Positions 28,301 through 36,839 of a stretch of DNA of 41,459 nucleotides are shown one piece after another; the stretch's first letter is position 1; each line of letters starts with the position of its first letter. The position numbers and the translations under genes were made by a program. Under the pieces are notes generated by a model. It was not told the origin of the DNA. It ran no database searches and saw only the letters and a program-made list of their open reading frames with translations. Source of the DNA: a virus (Duplodnaviria; Caudoviricetes); the IMG/VR virus record IMGVR_UViG_3300020045_004402, positions 1 through 41,459 of that record. The stretch is one strand, 5' to 3'.

Positions 28301-28796
28301 GATTCTCTCCTTTTCTTCTTCTAAACTTACCTATGTCAAAGTGAAGGTGTTTATCATAATGATAATGACATTTCCTGCATAATTCTTTAAAATTATCCCT
28401 ATTCCTCTCATATTTTTTATTAAGAATTAAAGCCCAATCTGTTCCTAATTTTCCATCTTGTCTTATACCACAACATTGGCATATATTTGTTTTCTTAAAA
28501 TATTTCCTAAGCCAAATATGAACACCAATCTTTCCAACTTTTTCTCCTCGCCAATTAGGATTTTTATGTCCATTAAAATCAGCATGATTCTCACGCATTT
28601 TTTTAAGTGTTTTTTCAGTAAACCCATGACCAAACAGTGCTTTCTTTACTTTTTCAATATGTTCGGCAGACTTGTTTCTTTTTATCAAAACAGCTCGCAC
28701 CTTTCTATGCCATGACACATCACGCACTCTATTCTTTTGAGAAATGCTTCGTCGTATCCGAGCTAATTCTGGATTTTTTGGATAACCACTTGGCAT
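28293..28796 (-). CDS. HNH-type homing endonuclease-like protein
   Basis: NUMOD-like N-terminus; NPNWRG...HIWLR, CQCCG, ELCRKCHYHYD; AT-rich; lies between the two GT genes. Confidence 0.8.
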   Translation of the reverse strand: MPSGYPKNPELARIRRSISQKNRVRDVSWHRKVRAVLIKRNKSAEHIEKVKKALFGHGFTEKTLKKMRENHADFNGHKNPNWRGEKVGKIGVHIWLRKYFKKTNICQCCGIRQDGKLGTDWALILNKKYERNRDNFKELCRKCHYHYDKHLHFDIGKFRRRKGENLV

Positions 28797-28797
28797 T

Positions 28798-29571
28798 TTA
28801 CACCCATAATGAAGGCATGTTGTTGGATTGGCTTTTAGTTAAGATGTCTTTACTTGAGTATGGTTCATGTTTTAGAGATTTACCTGTATGAAGTAATTCG
28901 GCTCTTTTGCCATATATTGATTCTAACACTTGTCTGTCTTTAGTATAGCCAGCACGGAATTTGTGTTCTCCTAAATGTTTCTTTTGATGGTCTATCGAAC
29001 AATATCCTTCGTCGAATATTATTATGCTACCACCGACCTCGTATAAGTCAAGACAACATTTATTCTCATATTGTCCCGCGACAAACCTTCTATCAAAGCC
29101 GCCGGTCTCCTCGCATACCTTTCTACTCAGCAAAGCTACAGGCGCCATTAGTGGCGTCGCTCTGTTAAATCCTACAAACGAGTGGTCTCCCATATTGTAT
29201 TTATAGCCGTCCTCAATTGTCTGTATGGATAGCGCTACCTTCTCATTTCCAAGAGACTTCCAATATCTGTAAGCCTTGCCGAAGCAGTCTGGAGAATACT
29301 CACAATCGTCCGCAGACCAAGAGATTGTCTCTCCAACACAAGCTCTTCGCGCTATCTCATAACACTGTGCAGGCTTGATGTTGGCAGTTTCTATGAATGT
29401 AAATTTGAATTGGAATGATGCGGGCCTTGAACTTAGCGCTATCTTGCAATCAATTGGCCCAGCAAAGACAACCTCGCAAGATTCTGTTGTCGATTCTAAA
29501 GACTTAAAGAAGCCAGGCCAAAGCCTTGGTCTCACTGCCGAAGCGAAGATGCTTACCTTTATCTCACTCAT
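28798..29571 (-). CDS. GT-A/GT2 family glycosyltransferase
   Basis: VSIFASAVRP, EVVFAG, WSADD (DxD-like), GGFDRRF..GQYE. Confidence 0.8.
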   Translation of the reverse strand: MSEIKVSIFASAVRPRLWPGFFKSLESTTESCEVVFAGPIDCKIALSSRPASFQFKFTFIETANIKPAQCYEIARRACVGETISWSADDCEYSPDCFGKAYRYWKSLGNEKVALSIQTIEDGYKYNMGDHSFVGFNRATPLMAPVALLSRKVCEETGGFDRRFVAGQYENKCCLDLYEVGGSIIIFDEGYCSIDHQKKHLGEHKFRAGYTKDRQVLESIYGKRAELLHTGKSLKHEPYSSKDILTKSQSNNMPSLWV

Positions 29572-29756
29572 TTCCTCTCCTCATATGAATCTTCATTTCT
29601 CAAATTTAGTCTGAATTTCCCACATCCTCTACATTGATATAATTTATTAACACCCGACCAAAATGACCAATTATCTCGATACCTACACACATCGCAAAAT
29701 CCATAACCAAAAATTTCTTTCAGAAACCATTTAATTTTATAAAAAATTTTTATCAT
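29568..29756 (-). CDS. Small zinc-ribbon protein
   Basis: CDVC...YQCRGCG; 62 aa. Confidence 0.6.
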   Translation of the reverse strand: MIKIFYKIKWFLKEIFGYGFCDVCRYRDNWSFWSGVNKLYQCRGCGKFRLNLRNEDSYEERK

Positions 29757-29929
29757 TATTTCCCCTTCTCAATCACTCTGTTGAGTTTTTTCATTCTTTA
29801 GCCTTTCTGCTCTCATATGTTCCCCCTCTGAATGAGGCACTTTGTAATAAGCCCCCCTTGTAAAGTACTTCTTGCCGAAGTATTTCTTCATGGCTCGGAG
29901 GTCTTTGCTAAAGCGTTTGTCTTGGGCGG

Positions 29930-30382
29930 TCATCTCATCCTCTCCATGATGGCACGGGACGCTTTTTCAAAGCCATGTATTTTAAATTCTGTTTTACCAT
30001 TCTTTTTAAAATAAACTTTTTTTAAATTACTTCTCATAATTCTCATCATCTCCTCCTCCGTCAGAATGGGGCGAAGGTGGGAACGTAACTTTTCTTTGGC
30101 TTGATGATACAGGGCTGTATGAGCTGATTTTAAATCTTCTGGTATGCTGTTTTTAGTTTTGCTTTCCAACTCATCAATAATATTCTCCCAATCCCTCAAC
30201 CCCTTTTCAGGCGGGCGGGAGAATTTAGCCATTAGTTCAATCCAATCGTCTGGTTCAAGGTTGTCAATCCATTCCTCGAAAGCGTCAGGCATATCGTCGT
30301 CGCAACCATGATAATCCTTGGCATGCTCTGCTCGTAAAAAATCTTCAACAAGCCTTAACTTTTCCGTCATTCCCTTTGTCAT
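29930..30382 (-). CDS. Hypothetical protein
   Basis: Likely start 30382 (SD ggggga; ATGA overlap with the upstream ORF). Confidence 0.6.
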   Translation of the reverse strand: MTKGMTEKLRLVEDFLRAEHAKDYHGCDDDMPDAFEEWIDNLEPDDWIELMAKFSRPPEKGLRDWENIIDELESKTKNSIPEDLKSAHTALYHQAKEKLRSHLRPILTEEEMMRIMRSNLKKVYFKKNGKTEFKIHGFEKASRAIMERMR

Positions 30383-30639
30383 TTCTTCTCCCCCTTTAAG
30401 ATGGCGGTGATTTCGGAAAGGCATTGGTTGAAGCCTTTGGCTCTCTCTATGCTAAACGTTGCATCGGTGCATTCATTCATTATGATTCCATCACCCCAAT
30501 CAACTGGACTAAATTCTTTCTCCTTCGGCAACGCCTCTAACAAGACGGATTTGATGGCGGAGAGCAACTCATCAATATCTGATGTTCCAAGATATGTATT
30601 GAATTTCTCTACTATCCCCCTCAACTTATCGTCTATCAT
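30379..30639 (-). CDS. Hypothetical protein
   Basis: 86 aa; SD aaggag; LPKEK...GFNQCLSEI motif common in phage accessory proteins. Confidence 0.65.
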   Translation of the reverse strand: MIDDKLRGIVEKFNTYLGTSDIDELLSAIKSVLLEALPKEKEFSPVDWGDGIIMNECTDATFSIERAKGFNQCLSEITAILKGEKK

Positions 30640-30750
30640 TTCGCGCGCTCCTTATTTATCAGCAGGGTTGGCACTTGGTGTGCGCGTGTCTGGCTATCGT
30701 TACCTTTAGCTACTACTCAGAGTACCATCTCACAACCCTGCCGAAGGTTT

Positions 30751-30960
30751 TCAATCTTTTCTACTTTGCAGATTCCTTATTTCCTGAATGTATTCATTGC
30801 ATTTTGAAATGATATATTCAGCTTCCTCAATCAAATCACCACCATTCATTTTAACTTTATCATAAAATGACCATGTTAATTTATCTAAATTACGAACACT
30901 ATGAACGATAGAATTTACAATAATTTCTTGTTTTGTGCTTTCTCTTGATGCCCCCATCAC
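30751..30960 (-). CDS. Hypothetical protein
   Basis: 69-aa ORF with G-rich SD. Confidence 0.5.
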   Translation of the reverse strand: MMGASRESTKQEIIVNSIVHSVRNLDKLTWSFYDKVKMNGGDLIEEAEYIISKCNEYIQEIRNLQSRKD

Positions 30961-31788
30961 CCACCCCCTTCATTTAACTGGTTTATCCTCTTAATTACCT
31001 AATCTATTGACCATACCTATTTTGGTATTTCTCATTTTAGTTCCTCTTTTAAAGTATATTTACATTCCTTGGTGATTACTTTCTCAGCTCCATAACTCTC
31101 ATGTTTGATTGCTTCTTCGAGAGTGCTATATCCGGTTGGAGACCATCCTTCGCAGCCATAATTAACCCAAACAATATAATCAAATTGAGTGTCTTTTTTA
31201 CTCATCTCTCAAGCTCCTTTACCCTTCTCCTCAACGCCTTCTTGTTTATCTCATTCTGTTGATACTCATTGTTACGCTTGATAGCTTCTTCTTGGGCGAC
31301 GAAGTCTTTTGAAGAAAGTTTTTGTTTACCCGATAAAATTCCCATAGCAGCTCTCCTCCCACCTCTCCCACCAACACGTTTCACACTCTCCGATGTTTCA
31401 AAATTTTAAATGACGGAAGCAGAAGTGTATTATTTCAACTTTCCAATACTATCCCACACTGCCAGAAACGTTATTACAAGGATGAGCGTTGTGATGGTGG
31501 ATTCGAGGTGGTTCATTTAATCTTACCGTCAAAATATCTGTGAGTATGGTTTTCAAATCTATTTTCTAAAGCATCTATTCTTTTCTCACGCTCATCAATC
31601 CGAAAGTGGTAACGATTTATCTCCGGCATAATCCCATGCCTAAAATTTGATGGAAGCATAAGAAAGCTGTAACACACGGAAAGGACAAGTAAGATACCAC
31701 CGGCCCATCAAAGTTTTTCTTTCATTTTATTCTCCTATGTAAAACCAACATCAATACAATAAACATCACCTAGAGGCAAAGAAAACTG

Positions 31789-32199
31789 TTAGTTGGAAGG
31801 TCGAGAATCATTTAACTCCCTCTGATAGTGTGCAATCCTTGTCTCGTAGTCTTCGATAGTCCATTTGACAACCCTATTCTTGATTTCCATAAGCTCATCA
31901 AGGATTCCGATACCGTATTGCTTCGTGAGGTTGTAGGCATAGATGGTTTTATTTCCGGATTTGAATAAATTACACCCAGCACATTGGCAGTGAAGGTTTT
32001 TCTCATGGAAGTTGAGCTCTGGGTTGGAAACAGAAGCATCGTGGTAATGGCCGCAATGCATCTCTGCAATCGGCTTGAGCGCAGGGCAGGTGTAGCACTT
32101 CCCACAATCACGTCTTCGGATGTAGAGGCTGACTAAAGCCCACAACTTTTTATGGAGCTTCCTCTTAACCTTCGTTTGGTTTATTCGCTTTGATTTCAT
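31789..32199 (-). CDS. ninG: NinG/Rap-like HNH recombination nuclease
   Basis: SLYIRRRD..CYTC...HCGHY...FHEKNLHCQCAGCN..SGN...Y...L...YG. Confidence 0.85.
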   Translation of the reverse strand: MKSKRINQTKVKRKLHKKLWALVSLYIRRRDCGKCYTCPALKPIAEMHCGHYHDASVSNPELNFHEKNLHCQCAGCNLFKSGNKTIYAYNLTKQYGIGILDELMEIKNRVVKWTIEDYETRIAHYQRELNDSRPSN

Positions 32200-32362
32200 T
32201 TAATAGCCTCTCAATATCTGCTTCTGTTAAGTCCTCAAGTTTTAAGGCGCAAGTCTTCTCCAGCCATTCATCTGTTGAGCCTACGAAATTGGAATCAAGC
32301 ACTGCGTTTATCAGCTCAAGGCGCTTTTCGAAGGTTGACTTGAATACTCTATTATCCTGCAT
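32165..32362 (-). CDS. Hypothetical protein
   Basis: Likely start 32362 with SD ggagg. Confidence 0.55.
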   Translation of the reverse strand: MQDNRVFKSTFEKRLELINAVLDSNFVGSTDEWLEKTCALKLEDLTEADIERLLNEIKANKPNEG

Positions 32363-32690
32363 TAGATTCCTCCCATGGCTCAGGAATCCAATACCCCATC
32401 TCAATGCTCGCCCACTGGCGTATCTTTTCAAGGTATTCTTCAAAATCACCGATGGTCAAGCTTGCCGTGCTTTTAGTCACCCAAATCTCCCTAAGCCCTT
32501 CCTTCGTCTTCAGATACTTTGGTGTTTTCAAGAATAGTTCCTTCAAAACCTCGTGGACTTCGTTTGAGGTGCAGCCAAGCTCGTCTGAGAGTATCTTGAC
32601 GACTACCCCCCAATAGTATTTATTCTCAGGGGTAGAGCGTATCTGAGCCTGCTTTGAGAGAAACTCACGGTTGCAATGCGGACAACGCAT
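32352..32690 (-). CDS. NinB/Orf-like recombination protein
   Basis: RSTPENKYYWG...VHEVLK..FL...STASLT..DF..YLEKI..WA. Confidence 0.7.
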   Translation of the reverse strand: MRCPHCNREFLSKQAQIRSTPENKYYWGVVVKILSDELGCTSNEVHEVLKELFLKTPKYLKTKEGLREIWVTKSTASLTIGDFEEYLEKIRQWASIEMGYWIPEPWEESNAG

Positions 32691-32692
32691 AT

Positions 32693-33010
32693 TTAATTAT
32701 CCCACGTCTCCGCTTTTACTGGTGTTTGCGCTCCCAAAATCTCAACGACATATTTTGTGTCCATTGCTTCTCCGGTCTTTTTAATCCTGACCTTACTTCC
32801 GACAGGAACTTTGTCCATTTGCGTGGCGAGGCTTCCAGAAATAGAATCGAAAGTCTTTCCATCTATTCTATAACGGCAGACTTCTTTTTCCTTTCCGAAG
32901 GAATCTTTAATCACAATCTTTGCTCCCTCGTAAACACCTTCGATTATGCCTTCCTCATCAAAACTGATGAATGCGCTGTTTCTTTTTGCGAAATCTCCAA
33001 GCTGTCCCAT
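32693..33010 (-). CDS. Putative OB-fold ssDNA-binding protein
   Basis: 105 aa beta-rich; acidic/aromatic C-terminal tail (ETWDN); adjacent to the exonuclease. Confidence 0.5.
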   Translation of the reverse strand: MGQLGDFAKRNSAFISFDEEGIIEGVYEGAKIVIKDSFGKEKEVCRYRIDGKTFDSISGSLATQMDKVPVGSKVRIKKTGEAMDTKYVVEILGAQTPVKAETWDN

Positions 33011-33011
33011 G

Positions 33012-33680
33012 TTAAGCTCCTTTCGTTTTATCCCAAACTAATCCACCTGTTTTTTTGCAATGCTCAGAAAATTGGCAGTAACCACACTCCCATTTATAGT
33101 GAGGCTCCGCCTCTGGCAATTTGTCTTTTTCCCAGCATTCTTTTAAAGCGTTTATTTCTTTTTCAATAATCTCTGTCCATGCTTCTACAGAGAATCCATA
33201 CTCACGGATACTCAAGTCGTCTTTCGATATAAAAACCAGTCGGGCCTTTTCCTTCTTCAACTCAACTGCGTAGAAAACAGTCTGTAGGATGTTATGGAAC
33301 TTCTCCTTGTTAATATCATATGTGGGTTTGTCCATATACCAAAATGCTTTTGAATTGATTGACTTAATATCCATCACCTCGGTCTCGGTAACCACATCAG
33401 CGAAACCTTTGAAGTCTTCAGTCTCGACCAAGACCTGCTTCTGTGCCTCTGGGATGAGGTTTACCGCAAACCACTCGAAGAGGTTTCCGCACTTGAAACG
33501 CCTCAAGGACAGCTTGTCTATCGGCTCGGTAGGGATGTTCCCTTTACGTTTCCAGAAATGCTTGCGGCGGCACTGGCCCAGCATCGATGGATTAAACTTC
33601 CCACTGGACGTTCTCGGCTCGGAGTTTTCGATTGCGAGGCTGTCATCGATTAGTTTTTGGATTGAAAGGATGTCAGTCAT
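33012..33680 (-). CDS. Cas4-like PD-(D/E)XK exonuclease
   Basis: PSMLGQCRRK, GFADVV, MDIKS, Q..FY and C-terminal ECGYCQFSEHC (Fe-S cysteines); start 33680 by ATGA overlap. Confidence 0.85.
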   Translation of the reverse strand: MTDILSIQKLIDDSLAIENSEPRTSSGKFNPSMLGQCRRKHFWKRKGNIPTEPIDKLSLRRFKCGNLFEWFAVNLIPEAQKQVLVETEDFKGFADVVTETEVMDIKSINSKAFWYMDKPTYDINKEKFHNILQTVFYAVELKKEKARLVFISKDDLSIREYGFSVEAWTEIIEKEINALKECWEKDKLPEAEPHYKWECGYCQFSEHCKKTGGLVWDKTKGA

Positions 33681-33982
33681 AGCTTGGTTAAATACCTTTC
33701 TGATATGACTCTCTGTGTTCCATGTCCATGCGTCCACGGTCTTGAGGCGTTTAGGAAGTCAACCATGCTTACGCTGAACTCGCTTCCAGTATCTACTTCT
33801 TTAATCCTGATGTTGGCTACCTTATCCTTAATCTGATTGACAACATCGTCTTGGATGGCATACCCACTCACTACCCGCAGGTAATGCTTAGAGCGCTTGA
33901 CTTCTTTTATGAACCAGTCTCCGTCTATATAGCCCGCCATTACCTTGCGAGGCTTGGCTGGGTCTTTAGTGAATATCTTCAT
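33677..33982 (-). CDS. Hypothetical protein
   Basis: 101 aa; SD aaggagagg. Confidence 0.7.
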   Translation of the reverse strand: MKIFTKDPAKPRKVMAGYIDGDWFIKEVKRSKHYLRVVSGYAIQDDVVNQIKDKVANIRIKEVDTGSEFSVSMVDFLNASRPWTHGHGTQRVISERYLTKL

Positions 33983-34100
33983 GTCCTCTCCTTTTCTAAA
34001 TTAAGCCCGAGCGGATTAGTGGCGGAGGGTTCTGGAAGGAACCGCACCATTGCCTTATTTTCCTTTCGGAATGTTTCTATAGACACCGCTCGAGCCATGA

Positions 34101-34367
34101 TTATATTCCTTGAGTTGCTTTATCAAAGTCACGATTAGCCACGTCCTTAACCTCGTAGTCAGTCTTGCAATACTCCAGAGCGTAATTCTCCAAAGCCTCT
34201 AAGGTGTTGAAGTTCTTGCAGACCTTGCTATCCCCGTTTTTCTTTTCTGCGTGAAACCAGAACTCAAGGTATGGCTCGCCTCTATCAGTGATGGTGTAGC
34301 TGGCACTCACTGTAGAACTATTCCCGTATTTATCGAAAATCATCTGCGCTATCTCTCGTAGGTTCAT
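34101..34367 (-). CDS. Hypothetical protein
   Basis: Likely start 34367 after the repeated SD element. Confidence 0.65.
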   Translation of the reverse strand: MNLREIAQMIFDKYGNSSTVSASYTITDRGEPYLEFWFHAEKKNGDSKVCKNFNTLEALENYALEYCKTDYEVKDVANRDFDKATQGI

Positions 34368-34369
34368 TA

Positions 34370-34389
34370 TTACCCCTCGCTTTCTAATT
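34370..34389. repeat. 20-bp direct repeat, copy 1 (ttacccctcgctttctaatt)
   Basis: Identical to 34802-34821. Confidence 0.9.
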
Positions 34390-34801
34390 TGTAATACCCA
34401 TAGACGCATCTTGTTTCGCCTCTTGAGCAGTCGTAGGTATCATTGATTACCCCGTCAATCACGGCTACCATGTGCCTGGAGACCCTGCATAGCAACCTTC
34501 CAGAGGGCAACTCTTCCTTCTTTAGGTGAACCTTACACCCCGAGCCTATTGTCATTGTGGGTGTCCACTTCCACCCAATACTTTTCATGTATTTACGTAT
34601 CGTCTTTGTCTTCGTGCCACCATCTCTTGGGGATGATTTTCGTGGATTTTTATTGACTGACCTGTTCATCTCAAAGAGAGAGTCGTAAACTTCTTGGTAA
34701 GGCTTATTGGTTGCGATTGCTATTCCTCTCACGGTGCAATCTCCAGCCCTTCCTTCATAACCTGCCTCTTTCCTGCCACCATCATTGAATGTAAATTCCA
34801 T
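34370..34801 (-). CDS. Phage protein with papain-like Cys/His/Asp pattern
   Basis: NDGGR..AG...AGDCTVRGIAIA...RHMVAVIDGVINDTYD. Confidence 0.6.
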   Translation of the reverse strand: MEFTFNDGGRKEAGYEGRAGDCTVRGIAIATNKPYQEVYDSLFEMNRSVNKNPRKSSPRDGGTKTKTIRKYMKSIGWKWTPTMTIGSGCKVHLKKEELPSGRLLCRVSRHMVAVIDGVINDTYDCSRGETRCVYGYYKLESEG

Positions 34802-34821
34802 TTACCCCTCGCTTTCTAATT
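34802..34821. repeat. 20-bp direct repeat, copy 2
   Basis: Identical to 34370-34389. Confidence 0.9.
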
Positions 34822-35014
34822 GTTTGTTATCCCGTTCCAAACAGCACTCACCGATTTTAATTCCCTCTAAAACCTCGAACCAATCCCCATCCGGGATAAT
34901 CTCCCCGCACTCTTGGCAGATGTTGTCAGCCAGAGCACGCAGAGCGTCAAAGCCATGAGCCTCGATTCTGGCTCGCTCCATTTGGTAGTCCACCTCTTGT
35001 CCGTTGATTGTCAT
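34802..35014 (-). CDS. Small zinc-binding hypothetical protein
   Basis: CQECG...ECC; first gene after the promoter; SD ggaggg. Confidence 0.65.
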   Translation of the reverse strand: MTINGQEVDYQMERARIEAHGFDALRALADNICQECGEIIPDGDWFEVLEGIKIGECCLERDNKQLESEG

Positions 35015-35062
35015 GTTGCCCTCCGTTTTCTAATTGCTGGTCTTTCCCAACCGTCTGATATA

Positions 35063-35091
35063 ATTATAAACTGTAATTTACTATTTGTAAA
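35063..35091 (-). promoter_or_regulatory. Sigma70-type promoter for the accessory/recombination operon
   Basis: TTTACA-17 nt-TATAAT on the minus strand. Confidence 0.75.
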
Positions 35092-35094
35092 CAT

Positions 35095-35970
35095 TTATTT
35101 TATCTTTTTTAGCAGGTGACAAGAGAGCATCTTTACCCAACTTTGCCATGGCTCTGACAGCTTTGCTGCTTCTCTAGATACTAGTCTCAGTTGTCTAACA
35201 TCATGGTTTAGGTAAAATCTTCTCAACTGTTGTTCTATTAAAATTGTCTGCGTTAACTCGTCTTTAGTTATTGATTCAGTTTCAACTAACTCTCCAACTG
35301 TAGTCTCCTCTTTCTTGAAAGCGGCTTTAGCCAAGTCAAGCCTGTCAATGTATAAATGCTCGGAGCCTGCTTGGTGTGTATACTGACCAACCAGAAGTTT
35401 TAACTTACATGCCACAAATGACTGGATGTTTGTGAAGGTGAAGACATCATATGGAAAACCAAGCCAAGCGTCATTGCTTCTCATTGTCACAATCAAATCA
35501 AGCTCTTTTCCATTTGAAAGAAATTGAAAAGACAGTGTGCACGGAATGTCCTTGCTTTCTGAAGGTCGTCGCTCCCAGATTGAGATGATTGCCTGTCTTG
35601 AGCTTAGGTCTGCTCTTAACTTTTCAATGACATAGGTTAACTGATGACAAAACTTTGGTCCATAGGCGCCATGGAAGCTGAGACCATTATCTGAGAATTG
35701 GCTGATGTTTGAGTTGTATGGTTCTAACATCTCAAGGTCTGTTCTGCCTGATAAAATCCAAAGTAACTCAATCACGGCATAGGCTTTGTTTATCTTCCTG
35801 ACTGGATTTGACAAGACATTTCGTAATGGGTATGAGGTAGACCAGACAAACGGTGACAGCTCTAATGACGTAGTTCCTCTTGTTTGACGCTTGCTGCCAT
35901 AGTTTACAATTTCTTTTAAGATGTCTTTATATGAGACCTCTAACGAAACTCCTGCTTTTAGATACATCAA
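35095..35970 (-). CDS. Thymidylate synthase-family enzyme, probably dCMP-specific (hydroxy)methyltransferase
   Basis: GAYG, SRQAIISIW, DIPC (catalytic Cys), RSNDAWLGFPYD (Asp where dUMP-specific ThyA has Asn), GSEHLY. Confidence 0.85.
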   Translation of the reverse strand: MMYLKAGVSLEVSYKDILKEIVNYGSKRQTRGTTSLELSPFVWSTSYPLRNVLSNPVRKINKAYAVIELLWILSGRTDLEMLEPYNSNISQFSDNGLSFHGAYGPKFCHQLTYVIEKLRADLSSRQAIISIWERRPSESKDIPCTLSFQFLSNGKELDLIVTMRSNDAWLGFPYDVFTFTNIQSFVACKLKLLVGQYTHQAGSEHLYIDRLDLAKAAFKKEETTVGELVETESITKDELTQTILIEQQLRRFYLNHDVRQLRLVSREAAKLSEPWQSWVKMLSCHLLKKIK

Positions 35971-36839
35971 TTCCTCCTTGGGTGACGAAGCTCGTTAACA
36001 TACCTTGATATAGCGTTCTTGCCATAGAAACGTTTGGCAAAATTTGGGTGGTGGACATAGCGAAGCTTGACACCTAGCTTTGAGATGCGTCTCAGTGAGC
36101 TTAGACCAAGGCATACTACTTCCTTTGGGTTTATCAGTTCAATGTCTCGCTTGCTTAACAGCCAGTGACCTTCTTTTGAGTTAACAACACCAAAGCTGTC
36201 TTTTAGCCATGAAAGGCAGCTCATCAAAAACAACCCAGAGGTAGAGTTAAACACCTGATAGGGGACATGTCTACAGAGGTGAAGCCTGTAGTTTGGCTCA
36301 TCACCGATAAACAAGACTGTTGGGTTTTTGACTCCCAAGTAGGATAAGCCTAGGTTAAAGCTATCATAACACTTGTTTGTTTTAATCTTGTCATGGTTGT
36401 AGTTATATAATATCTTTGGCAGCAGGCTTCGTTGAAAGCCATCTCTGAAAAGCCTGTCTAGCTTAGGCACGTCTTGCAGCTTTGTAGTCTCCTCATTATC
36501 CTTAGTAAAATTGTAGGCTAACTCATTGTAGTCAAGCCAACAGTATACAAGTAGAGGGTTAAACTTAAACAGTAACTGTTCTAGGTAGAACTGCTGTATA
36601 GGTGATAACCTACTTTTGCCTCGATAGACCTGACCGTAGGCAAGTTCGCCAAGGTAGAAGCGGTCAAGGACATAATTCCGGTTTGTGGAAAGCCTGCTAA
36701 TTAGCTCCACATACTCTTGGAATGGCTGACTGGTTTTAGGTTGTGAGACCTTGATAAGCGTAAAACCATTGGCTTGAAACTGTTTAGCCAATGTCGACTT
36801 TCCTACCTTATCAATTCCTTCTAAGATAGTGAGGCTCAT
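35967..36839 (-). CDS. dNMP kinase fused to a uracil-DNA-glycosylase-superfamily-like domain
   Basis: N-terminal LEGIDKVGKST P-loop and LDRF; C-terminal NPTVLFIGDEPN...SGLFL...INPKEVVCLG...HHPN. Confidence 0.75.
   Translation of the reverse strand: MSLTILEGIDKVGKSTLAKQFQANGFTLIKVSQPKTSQPFQEYVELISRLSTNRNYVLDRFYLGELAYGQVYRGKSRLSPIQQFYLEQLLFKFNPLLVYCWLDYNELAYNFTKDNEETTKLQDVPKLDRLFRDGFQRSLLPKILYNYNHDKIKTNKCYDSFNLGLSYLGVKNPTVLFIGDEPNYRLHLCRHVPYQVFNSTSGLFLMSCLSWLKDSFGVVNSKEGHWLLSKRDIELINPKEVVCLGLSSLRRISKLGVKLRYVHHPNFAKRFYGKNAISRYVNELRHPRRN

Noticed and set aside
30662-30741. tRNA gene
   Set aside because: No T-loop TTC consensus, D-loop or canonical arm lengths.
33012-33680. CRISPR-Cas system (Cas4-like protein)
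   Set aside because: No repeat-spacer array or other cas genes seen; stand-alone Cas4-like nucleases are common in phage recombination modules.
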